NCBI GenBank assembly: GCA_947258635.1
Contig: CAMYJM010000008.1
Span: 1 to 32,131 of the forward strand
Direction: 5' to 3'
DNA: 32,131 bases
From: an uncultured Acidimicrobiaceae bacterium
Lineage (GTDB): Bacteria > Actinomycetota > Acidimicrobiia > Spongiisociales > UBA5794
Made by a program: the position numbers and the translations under genes. The stretch's first letter is position 1, and each line of letters opens with the position of its first letter. Of this stretch, positions 7,393 to 15,701 are shown piece after piece. The notes under the pieces are model-generated. The model was given only the letters and a program-made list of their open reading frames with translations. It made no database searches and was not told the DNA's origin.

Positions 7393-10185
7393 TCAGCGAA
7401 GGCGTTGCTGCTCCGACGGCGCCGGCTCATCGATCAGGGTAGCCGCCTTCCACTCCTCCGGCAGGCCCTCCGGCTTGTCGATGGCGGCGTAGAGGATCGC
7501 CTCATCGAACGGCTTCTCGCCGCGTTTGCGGTGGTACCCATCCCACACGTAAAGCAGCGAAGGCAGCACGAGCACCGCGGCCAGCATGGCCAGCAGGATC
7601 GTGTATGCGGTGACGAACCCGAACTGGCGGAACGGGATCGTGGTGGACGTCACGAGGATCCCGAACCCGGCGATCGTGGTGACCGCCGAACCGGCCAACG
7701 CTCCCCCGGTGTGGGTGAGCGTTGACTTGATCGCCGCCGCGGCGTCGCGGTGGCGGGCGCGCTCCTCGAGGTAGCGATGAGTGATATGAATCATGTACGG
7801 AATACCGATGCCGATGGCAAGGGCCGCAATCGTCGCCGTCACGGGGCCGAACGGGATCCCGAACACGACCATGAGGGCAAACGACAGGGCGACCACCAGG
7901 ACGACCGGCAGCGTCGTGATCACGCCGAGCATCGGGCGACGGGCCTCGACCCAGAAGTTGATGACCAACAGGATCAGGGCTACCAGCAGCGTCAACAGGA
8001 GCGACGACACCTGCGAGTCACGCAGAGTCGTCACCACCACGTCGTTGATGATCTCGTCCGACGTCGCCACCGCACTCAGGCCCTGCTGAGCGACCGGAGC
8101 AAAGTCCGCGCCGACGTCGGCGCGGAGGGCGTTGGCGCCGGATTCTCCGGCCTGCGTGGTGATGTCGAAGAGGGCCGCGCCATACGATCCGTCTCCGGTG
8201 CGGTGAAGGACACTCGCCATTTGGTCCGGTGCGGCCGCGAATGCCGCTTCATAGATCGAGGCCAAGTCCGCTCCGGGCGGTGCCAGGAAATCGGCGCCAA
8301 TCCCGGCGCCGGCCAGGGCCGACCCCACGGCCGGATCGAACACCGGAGAGTCCGGCGATCCGAGGGCTCCGATCGTCGCCACCGGGGAACTCCCCTGCGG
8401 CTGCCCGGCGAACGTCACGACATTCGGTGTATCCACGAGGTTGCTGTTTCCGGCCACCATCGCGTTCCAGGCATCCGGTGTGGCAACATCGCCCTCGACG
8501 AGGATTTGGGTGGTCTCCCCGAATCCGCCCCCGAAATCGCCGAGCAGCGTCTCGAATGTCTGGCGCAACGGAGACGTCGTGGGGATGAAGTCGAGGAAGC
8601 TGAACTTCGTCTCGAGCTGAGTGACCCCCCACGCACCAAGTCCGCCGAGGACCAGAGAAACGACGATGGTCCCGACGGCGAAGTTGGTGGCCAGGCCGGA
8701 GGTACTGCCGATGAGGCGAGGCAGAGCGCGCGCTTCGCCGCCGACCAGGGCTTCCCGGTCCAGCCTTCCGCTGCGCTCCGCTCGTCGGTCGAGCAACTCG
8801 CGCACCGCCGGCACAAAAGTGAGCATCAGCACGAAGGAGACGACGATGCCGACCGCGGCGAGGAGACCGAACTCACGCAGAGCCGGGATCTCGTTGGTCA
8901 GGTTGGTGAGAAAACCAACGGCCGTCGTGACCGTCGCCAGAACCAACGCAACGCCCACCGTACGGACCGACCGGGCGATGGCCCGGTCGACGGTCGCCCC
9001 TTCGGACACTTCGTCGCGGTAACGAGTCGTCACGTGGATGGAGTAGTCCACCCCCAGACCGATGAGAAGGATCGGGAGAATCTGCGCCATCGGAGAGGCC
9101 TCGGTGAAGACGAGGTACCCGACGCCGTTCATGATGCCGATCGCAAAGAAGATCGTGACCAGCGTTATCAAAGTGTCGGCCACGGTACGCCGCAGCCGGT
9201 TCGAAGAAGCAGACCAAAGGGTGAATGTCAGCAGGACGACTGCGACGGCCACGAGGAGCAGAGTTCCCGATGGCCAGTCCTTCAGAGCATCCGGGAATAC
9301 GCTGTCGAGAATCGTGGCCAGCGTCGGCAGGATGGCGACGAATACCGCGGCGGCGATTCCGAGCACTCCGGCGGTCACGAGAATCCGGTTCCGGGTGCGC
9401 CGCGGCACGATGAGGAACACAATCGACAGCACGACGAGGATGATCAGGCCGGCGGTCGCGAACAGTCGCCCGATCTCTGCCTGGAACTCGTCCTGGTCGG
9501 CGAACAGCAACTCGAAGGAGAAGGCCTCCGCCGAGTAGCCGGCGGGCAGCGCGACGGTGTTGATCTCATCCGCCGCCTCAGCGGACAGGTCAACAAACTG
9601 CTCGATCTCCAGCGCGGCCCCTGCCGTGTTGAAGATCAGCATCAGCCCCTTGTCGGCTGTGGGCGTGGTCGCATCTCCCGACCCCGATATCAGCTGGGCG
9701 GTGAACCCGGCTTGCTCTGCGGGGATCTGCTGCAGGGCACTCAGGTAGAGCTGGCGAACGTCCGCATCCGAGGCCGGCATTGGCTGGCCCTGGGCGACGG
9801 CTTGCTCAACCGGTGCCAGGAAGCTCACGACTGCGGGCTGCTGGTCTTCGGGGATCAGGTATTGCGATAGCTTCCCGGAACGCACCTGCTCGGATACGGC
9901 TTGCACTGTGCTGAGACCGTCGGCCGAGAAGACGTCACCGCCATCCGGAGCGGAAATGATGACCTGCATCACGCCGACCGTGGAATCCTCGCCGAACAGC
10001 TCGGAGATCCGCTCGACGGCCGCCAGTTCAGGGGCGTCCGGCGCGAACGAGTCGTTGGAATCCTCTTCAGGCGTGAATTGTCCCGAAAGCCCGCCCATCA
10101 CCATTCCGATGACGACGGTCGCAATGACGACGAACCAGGGGTATTTGCGTACGGCGGCCGAGAGGCCGTTGACCAGCAGCTTCAA
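7393..10185 (-). CDS. RND-superfamily exporter, MMPL/COG1033 type (paralog 2)
   Basis: 930 aa, TTG start at 10185 with GGAGG 6 nt upstream. Collinear with 3986..6757 over the whole length. Examples: FSFELLFADQDEFQAEIGRLF vs FSFALLFANADEFQSEIGRLF, GLGVDYSIHVTTRY vs GLGVDYAIHTTSRY, and GIGIPYMIHITHRY...THTGGALAGSAVTTIAGFG. Confidence 0.85.
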   Translation of the reverse strand: MKLLVNGLSAAVRKYPWFVVIATVVIGMVMGGLSGQFTPEEDSNDSFAPDAPELAAVERISELFGEDSTVGVMQVIISAPDGGDVFSADGLSTVQAVSEQVRSGKLSQYLIPEDQQPAVVSFLAPVEQAVAQGQPMPASDADVRQLYLSALQQIPAEQAGFTAQLISGSGDATTPTADKGLMLIFNTAGAALEIEQFVDLSAEAADEINTVALPAGYSAEAFSFELLFADQDEFQAEIGRLFATAGLIILVVLSIVFLIVPRRTRNRILVTAGVLGIAAAVFVAILPTLATILDSVFPDALKDWPSGTLLLVAVAVVLLTFTLWSASSNRLRRTVADTLITLVTIFFAIGIMNGVGYLVFTEASPMAQILPILLIGLGVDYSIHVTTRYRDEVSEGATVDRAIARSVRTVGVALVLATVTTAVGFLTNLTNEIPALREFGLLAAVGIVVSFVLMLTFVPAVRELLDRRAERSGRLDREALVGGEARALPRLIGSTSGLATNFAVGTIVVSLVLGGLGAWGVTQLETKFSFLDFIPTTSPLRQTFETLLGDFGGGFGETTQILVEGDVATPDAWNAMVAGNSNLVDTPNVVTFAGQPQGSSPVATIGALGSPDSPVFDPAVGSALAGAGIGADFLAPPGADLASIYEAAFAAAPDQMASVLHRTGDGSYGAALFDITTQAGESGANALRADVGADFAPVAQQGLSAVATSDEIINDVVVTTLRDSQVSSLLLTLLVALILLVINFWVEARRPMLGVITTLPVVLVVALSFALMVVFGIPFGPVTATIAALAIGIGIPYMIHITHRYLEERARHRDAAAAIKSTLTHTGGALAGSAVTTIAGFGILVTSTTIPFRQFGFVTAYTILLAMLAAVLVLPSLLYVWDGYHRKRGEKPFDEAILYAAIDKPEGLPEEWKAATLIDEPAPSEQQRLR

Positions 10186-10368
10186 TTGACGCCTCCAACG
10201 TAGAACCGGGGGTGGCGCGCCGCGGCCAAAGCGATACCCGATGTTTCCACGATGGATCGCCTCCCAGATTCAGCCGTAGCGCGTGCCCGGTCGAGCCGGG
10301 GCACTGAATACGGAACACTAACCCACCGTGGATGGCTACGCGAAGACCATGTCCTTTCGTTTGTGCTC

Positions 10369-10388
10369 GGGACACCGCCGGTGTTCCC
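10369..10388 (-). terminator. imperfect GC hairpin about 50 nt downstream of thrS; possible terminator without a U-tail
   Basis: GGGACACC-GCC-GGTG(T)TCCC gives 8 bp with one bulge and a 3-nt loop. On the minus-strand RNA it is followed by GAGCACAAACG, with no U-tract, so this is only a weak call. Confidence 0.25.
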
Positions 10389-10439
10389 TAGGAGTTGCTC
10401 CGCAGCTCCACACGGGCGGAATTCGGCTTGACGAACGCG

Positions 10440-12374
10440 TCAGCGCGGCGGGGCGAGCGCCGCAACGAGCTCCTCGACTGCGGTGTCGATGGGCACCCCG
10501 CGCCGCTCGGTGTCCTCACCGCGCAGCCGGACGCCTACGGAATGGCGCTCGACGTCGTTGTCTCCGACGACGAGCACGACCGGGTGCTTCTGGGTTATCG
10601 CCCGCCGGATCTTCTCTCCGACGGTCTCGTCGGTCACATCGACGTGCACTCGCAGCCCGGCTTCCCCGAGCGTGTCCGCAACCGAACCGGCATAGTCATT
10701 ATGGCGGTCGGCTACCGGCACCACCGTGACCTGGACCGGAGACAACCAACCCGGGAAAGCTCCGGCATAGTGCTCCACCAGCACGCCGATGAAACGCTCG
10801 ACGGAGCCGAACTTGGCCGAGTGGATCATCACCGGGCGCTGGCGGTCGTTGCCCGACGTGGCATATTCGAGTTCGAACCGCTCCGGCATGGAGAAGTCGA
10901 CCTGGATCGTCGACATCTGCCAGCGACGCCCAATGGCATCGCGGATATGGACGTCGATCTTGGGTCCGTAGAAGGCGCCTTCGCCTTCGGCGACTTGAAA
11001 CGGCACTTCCGCCTTCACTAGAGCGTCCCGCAGCGCTTCGGTGGCGATGTCCCACAGCTCCAGCTCGCCCACCCATTTCTCCTCTGGACGGGTGCTCAGA
11101 TCCGCCTCGAAGTCGGTGAAGCCGAACTCGCCAAGCAGCGTGAGCACGAAGTCGAGGTGGCGCGCCAGCTCTTCGGCAACCTGCTCGCGGGTACAGAACG
11201 TGTGGCTGTCGTCCATCGTCAGCCCGCGAACCCGGAGAAGCCCGTGAAGCACACCGGAGCGTTCGTAGCGATACACCGCCCCCAGCTCGGACAGCCGCAG
11301 CGGTAGATCCCGGTAGGAACGCGCCTGCGATTTGTAGACGAGAACGTGGAACGGGCAGTTCATCGGCTTCACCCGATACTGCTCTGAGCCGTCCAGCTCC
11401 ATGCCCGGGTACATGTTCTCGGCGTAGAAGTCGAGATGTCCCGAGATCTCCCAGAGCTTGGCGTTCGCCACGTGCGGCGAGTTGACATACACAAAGCCGA
11501 AGTCGCCGTGGATCTGGCGGCTGTAATCCTCGACCACCTTGCGCAACATGCCGCCGTTCGGGTGCCACACCGCCAGTCCGGCTCCGAGCTCGGGGGGGAA
11601 CGAGTAGAGGTCGAGCTCGCGCCCGAGCTTGCGGTGGTCGCGCTTGGCGGCCTCCTCGCGCCGGTTGAGATACGCCTCGAGCTCCTTGTTGGACTCCCAC
11701 GCCGTGCCGTATATCCGCTGGAGCTGCGGTTGGTTCTCATCACCGCGCCAGTAGGCGCCCGCCGAGCGGAGGAGCTTCACGGCGACCAGCCGGCCGGTCG
11801 AAGGCAGATGGGGCCCGCGGCACAGGTCCACGAACTCGAGGTTGCGATACACCGAGACCTCCGTGCCGCCGACGCCTTCGGCTTCGTCGACTCCTGTGAT
11901 GATCTCGAGCTTGTACGGCTGGTCGGCGAACAACGCCCCGGCGGCATCGGCGGTGATCACTTCGCGCACAAACGGTTGGTCGGCGGCGATGATCTCGACC
12001 ATGCGGGCTTCGATCTTCTCCAGGTCTTCGGGGGTGAACGGCTCGGCGACATCGAAGTCGTAGTAGAACCCATCCTCGATCGGAGGGCCGATTGCGAACT
12101 TCGCCCCAGGGAAGAGATCGAGAACCGCCTGCGCCAGCACGTGGGCCGCCGAGTGCCGCATCACATGGCGACCGGCTTCGGTCTGCTCCGTGATGATCTC
12201 GATGGCGCCATCGGCGCCTATCGGCCGGCTCAAGTCTTGCGTCTCGCCGTCGACTTTGACGGCCACTGCGGCCTTGGCAAGGCGAGAGCCGATACCGGCG
12301 GCGACATCGGCTCCGGTCACACCATCCGGGTGCTCCTGGACCGAACCGTCCGGCAAGGTGAGATGTACAGCCAC
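10440..12374 (-). CDS. thrS: threonine--tRNA ligase
   Basis: TGS-like start VAVHLTLPDGSVQE, editing-domain HSAAHVLAQAV, a class II core (CRGPHLPSTG, FHVLVYK, LSELGAVYRYERSG) and an anticodon-binding C-terminus. I place the start at GTG 12374, which has GGAGG 4 nt upstream and gives 644 aa, the canonical ThrRS length. The ORF-track ATG at 12530 would add 52 codons of lower GC3 and overlap the divergent gene. Confidence 0.9.
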   Translation of the reverse strand: MAVHLTLPDGSVQEHPDGVTGADVAAGIGSRLAKAAVAVKVDGETQDLSRPIGADGAIEIITEQTEAGRHVMRHSAAHVLAQAVLDLFPGAKFAIGPPIEDGFYYDFDVAEPFTPEDLEKIEARMVEIIAADQPFVREVITADAAGALFADQPYKLEIITGVDEAEGVGGTEVSVYRNLEFVDLCRGPHLPSTGRLVAVKLLRSAGAYWRGDENQPQLQRIYGTAWESNKELEAYLNRREEAAKRDHRKLGRELDLYSFPPELGAGLAVWHPNGGMLRKVVEDYSRQIHGDFGFVYVNSPHVANAKLWEISGHLDFYAENMYPGMELDGSEQYRVKPMNCPFHVLVYKSQARSYRDLPLRLSELGAVYRYERSGVLHGLLRVRGLTMDDSHTFCTREQVAEELARHLDFVLTLLGEFGFTDFEADLSTRPEEKWVGELELWDIATEALRDALVKAEVPFQVAEGEGAFYGPKIDVHIRDAIGRRWQMSTIQVDFSMPERFELEYATSGNDRQRPVMIHSAKFGSVERFIGVLVEHYAGAFPGWLSPVQVTVVPVADRHNDYAGSVADTLGEAGLRVHVDVTDETVGEKIRRAITQKHPVVLVVGDNDVERHSVGVRLRGEDTERRGVPIDTAVEELVAALAPPR

Positions 12375-12516
12375 CGATCCTCCGTTGCGGGAAGCAGCAA
12401 GGTTACCGCTCCCCGTAGCGGGCGATGGCACACTGCCGTCCGGAGAGAACTCGCGAATCGGCCGGAGCCGTGAGAGAATGGGCGCCGTCGCAATGATCAG
12501 AGATTGAGGTAGCGGA

Positions 12517-13383
12517 GTGGTCGACGCCATAGAGCTGGCGGAACGGATGTCGGTTGGTGGCCGAATTCAGGAGCTCACCGGTGCCGAGCGGCTCATGGGG
12601 ACTGATCGGGTCTTTCGCGTCTGGTCTGCTTCCGGCACTCGGATCCTGAAGCTCTATGGCACACCGGCTCGGGAGCGCCGCGAATCGCATTCACTGGAGG
12701 CGCTGGCCGGCATCGACGGCCTGCCCGTGATCATCGATCGGGGCGTTGAGGCCGACACTGGGCACTGGACTCTCTTCGAGGATTCCGGCCGGTGGAACAT
12801 CGGCGCACTGCCGGAGAACGCCCGCACGGCCCGGCGCGCCGGCACCATCCTGCGGGCGGTTCATGAGACATCACCCACCGCCCTCTCCAATCTCTCTCGC
12901 GGAATCGACCAGGAGTGGGTGAGCGTCGACTTCATGTCCACCTTCCGTCGTCTGGAGCGCTATCGGGCCAAGATCGGATACCGCCCAGACCTGTTGGAGC
13001 GGGCCCGGGCAGTCAGGCCACCCTTCGCATCCGAGCCGCGGGTTGCGCACACGAACACGGTCCCCGAGAACTTCCTCGTCGACGACGAGGGAGCGGTGAC
13101 ACTCATCAACTGGGAATGGGCCACGCTGGCGCCTCCGGAGTGGGACCTGACGAAGTCGCTGTGGCTGATGAATCTGAAGGCCGGCCCGGACGCGGCGGCT
13201 GCGTTCGGCGCCGGGTATGGCCGCTCCATCGACCCGATTCAGCTCGATCGGTGGATCGTCTACCACTCGGCGATGATGCTCGTTTACGAGGCTGAGTCGA
13301 CGTTACGTCGTGACCGTTACGCGTACGAGTACCTGATCGCCGAGTTGGAGCGAGCCGTCACCAGCAGCCAGACGGCGAACTAG
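12517..13383 (+). CDS. aminoglycoside/choline-kinase-fold phosphotransferase family protein, predicted catalytically inactive
   Basis: 288 aa, GTG start with GAGG 7 nt upstream. APH-fold landmarks are present: ILKLY (nucleotide-binding Lys), the Brenner-type segment AHTNTVPENFLVDD, and the metal-binding segment VTLINWEWATLAPPEWDL. Both canonical Asp positions (HxD and xDW) are Asn here. Confidence 0.7.
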   Translation: MVDAIELAERMSVGGRIQELTGAERLMGTDRVFRVWSASGTRILKLYGTPARERRESHSLEALAGIDGLPVIIDRGVEADTGHWTLFEDSGRWNIGALPENARTARRAGTILRAVHETSPTALSNLSRGIDQEWVSVDFMSTFRRLERYRAKIGYRPDLLERARAVRPPFASEPRVAHTNTVPENFLVDDEGAVTLINWEWATLAPPEWDLTKSLWLMNLKAGPDAAAAFGAGYGRSIDPIQLDRWIVYHSAMMLVYEAESTLRRDRYAYEYLIAELERAVTSSQTAN

Positions 13384-13512
13384 CCGGGGGGGATCCTGGT
13401 CCGGACGCAGCCGGCCGCTTTCGACAAGGGCTTCCCCGGTCCCGGAAAGACGCGAAATCTCAGCCTGTTTGGCCTAGCCTCTTCGGAGAGCCGGTTGAAG
13501 AAGGAACGTCAG

Positions 13513-13719
13513 ATGATCGAAAGCATCGTTGCCGGAGCTGTCCTCGTCGCCGGTGTGGTCGGCGCCTCGAAGCGTGGGCCCGGTCGAGGGCGGAATACGG
13601 CGCCCGGCAATTCTCACCCCCAGTTCGCCGACGCACTCGATCTACCCTGTCCGTGGTGCCGCAGCGCCACCGCGGAGTCCGACGACGAGTGCCGCACGTG
13701 CGGTCAGCGCTTCGGATAG
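13513..13719 (+). CDS. small membrane-anchored zinc-ribbon protein (hypothetical)
   Basis: 68 aa from ATG 13513, preceded by GAAGGAA. The ORF track starts at TTG 13495. N-terminal helix IVAGAVLVAGVVGA, then CPWC-x10-CRTC near the C-terminus. Confidence 0.5.
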   Translation: MIESIVAGAVLVAGVVGASKRGPGRGRNTAPGNSHPQFADALDLPCPWCRSATAESDDECRTCGQRFG

Positions 13720-13738
13720 CAGGGCCGTCACGAAGCCG

Positions 13739-14671
13739 CTACGCCCCGACCTTCTCAGATTGGTACAGCGTGATTCGGCGGACGATCTCGAATTCCAGCG
13801 ATTCGTAGAGGCCGGTCGCCACGGTATTGGAAGCCTCGGCGTAGAGCATCCCGATCTTCGCCCCTTGCCCGGCGAGATACTCGAGCCCCACCAGGGTGAG
13901 TGACCGCGCCAGCCCTCTCCCCCGGTGGCTGGCAACGAGACCAATCATGTAGATCTCGCCGACCGAACCGGGGTGACTCTTGGTCCAGCAGTAGCCCACC
14001 GGGGAGGCGCCGTCGAACAACATGAGCAGCCCGGCCGCATCAAACCAGGGCTGCGCCATCCGCAGGGCGAGGTCGGCAGCGTCGATCGAACCGGCCTCCG
14101 GGTGGTGGGCGAATACCAGGCTATTCAGTGCGAGCCACGCCTTCTCGTCGGCGCCGGCAACGAATGACCGGACCCGGAGCTCTTCGGGAAGCTGGGGGGC
14201 AGGTGCCGGGAGCGGACGCCGCATCTCGACGAGAGTCCGCGACTTCGTCAGGCCACGGTGCCGGGCCACCGCGGACTGCTCGGCGGCAAACGTCCAGAGC
14301 GCTGGAGTCCGACCCAGATCGGCTTCAATCGCGCCGAGAAGCGCCAGGTAGGCGGCCTCGGACCGTCGCGCAGGATCGAGCGCCATCTCGGCGGCCCAGT
14401 ATCCATCCGTCTCACCAATGTCCGTGGGATGCCAGGCGGCGACGACGACTCCGACGACATCCCCGGCAGCGTCCTCGGCAACGATGGACCTGGCGCCGTT
14501 GGCGACCGGAACGCGCAACGCCTTGAACTCGCTCAGCGGGGCGTGGCCGTCCACTACTGCGCAGCGGGCGAGCAGCTCGCCGAGCGCCGTGGTGTCGTCC
14601 AAAGTGGCGTGCCTCGTGCTCAGCATGGAGGCACTGTAGAGCCCCTCTCGCGCCGAGAACGCTGACATCAC
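13739..14671 (-). CDS. mshD: mycothiol synthase (acetyl-CoA:Cys-GlcN-Ins acetyltransferase), tandem GNAT
   Basis: Two GNAT halves. The C-terminal half (WLALNSLVFAHHPEAG, PWFD, VGYCWTK, GEIYMIGLVASHRGRGLARSLT, LYAEASNTVATGLYESLEF) is collinear with mycobacterial MshD. GGAGG lies just upstream of tandem ATGs at 14671 and 14668. An ATG at 14626 is an alternative start. Confidence 0.8.
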   Translation of the reverse strand: MMSAFSAREGLYSASMLSTRHATLDDTTALGELLARCAVVDGHAPLSEFKALRVPVANGARSIVAEDAAGDVVGVVVAAWHPTDIGETDGYWAAEMALDPARRSEAAYLALLGAIEADLGRTPALWTFAAEQSAVARHRGLTKSRTLVEMRRPLPAPAPQLPEELRVRSFVAGADEKAWLALNSLVFAHHPEAGSIDAADLALRMAQPWFDAAGLLMLFDGASPVGYCWTKSHPGSVGEIYMIGLVASHRGRGLARSLTLVGLEYLAGQGAKIGMLYAEASNTVATGLYESLEFEIVRRITLYQSEKVGA

Positions 14672-14698
14672 CTCCCCAACGACGTAGGCTCACCGTTT

Positions 14699-15655
14699 GT
14701 GAGCAGGGTCGGACTGGTTCTGGGCGGCGGTGGGATCACCGGAGCAGCATTCCACTTCGGAACGTTGCTGGCGCTTCGGGCCGCTACGAATTGGGATCCC
14801 AACGATGCCGAAGTCATCGTGGGAACCTCGTCGGGCGCCTTTGCGGCCGCGATGATTCGCGGCGGCCGTCTCGATATCGAAACGCTCGTCGGCGATGCTC
14901 ACAACCGGACCGAAGTCGCCGCGCGGCTCAGTAGTTACGTATATCGCCGCACCAGCCCGACGGGACTCGCCCGGTGGGTCCGGCGCGGGCTCATTCCCGG
15001 ACTCAGACACCCCAACCTCGAATTGACGCTGGGGAGCCCGGCGCTGAACACGACGGCAGGAATCGCAGAGTGGGTCGCCGAGACGCTGGGCCCGCTGGCC
15101 GACATGTGGCCCGACCGGCCCACCGTGATCGTCGGCTTTGACTTGGAGCTACGCGCCAGGGTCCCCTTCGGCACGGAGGCGGCGCCGCCGGCGCCGCTCA
15201 AAGCTGCCGTCGCCGCGTCGGCTGCCGTCCCCTTCATATTCCAGCCGGTCAAGATCCAGGGCCGGTGGTACGCCGACGGCGGCATCGCCTCCGGGACCAG
15301 CGCCGACCTGGTACTGGCCAACCCCAACCCGCTGGACCTCCTGATCGTCATCGCGCCGCTTGCCGCCGAGGAGTCCCCGACGGCGCCCCGTCTCATCGAC
15401 AGCATTTTCGACAACGCCGGACGCGCCGCTCTCGATGGCGAGCTCGCGCTCGTTGAACATGAGTGGCCCGAGACCGATGTCATCGTTTTGCGTCCCGGTC
15501 CCCGAGTCCTCGCCGCGGCCCGCCCCAACCCGCTTTCGGTCAAGGCCGCCGTGCCTTCGTTCCTGCGGACACTGATGTCGATGCGCGACGAATTGGCTCA
15601 CCCCGAGATATGGGATCTTCTCGACAAGCATCTTCGAGTCGGCGTCAACCCCTGA
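14699..15655 (+). CDS. patatin-like phospholipase family protein
   Basis: GGGGITG oxyanion motif, GTSSG nucleophile elbow (GxSxG) and ADGG catalytic Asp motif. GTG start with a weak RBS. Confidence 0.8.
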   Translation: MSRVGLVLGGGGITGAAFHFGTLLALRAATNWDPNDAEVIVGTSSGAFAAAMIRGGRLDIETLVGDAHNRTEVAARLSSYVYRRTSPTGLARWVRRGLIPGLRHPNLELTLGSPALNTTAGIAEWVAETLGPLADMWPDRPTVIVGFDLELRARVPFGTEAAPPAPLKAAVAASAAVPFIFQPVKIQGRWYADGGIASGTSADLVLANPNPLDLLIVIAPLAAEESPTAPRLIDSIFDNAGRAALDGELALVEHEWPETDVIVLRPGPRVLAAARPNPLSVKAAVPSFLRTLMSMRDELAHPEIWDLLDKHLRVGVNP

Positions 15656-15701
15656 GGTCGCCCACTTTCGCGGCGAGGGGCGAATCGTCGGCGGCGCCCG
15701 G

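Noticed and set aside
7750-9870. 706-aa plus-strand ORF, the longest non-annotated ORF in the track
   Set aside because: It is entirely antisense to the MMPL paralog 2 gene. The product is low-complexity and rich in Arg/Asp/His/Gln/Glu (RRDHAEHRATGLDPEVDDQQDQGYQQRQQERRH...), which is typical of shadow ORFs in high-GC DNA opposite a membrane-protein gene.
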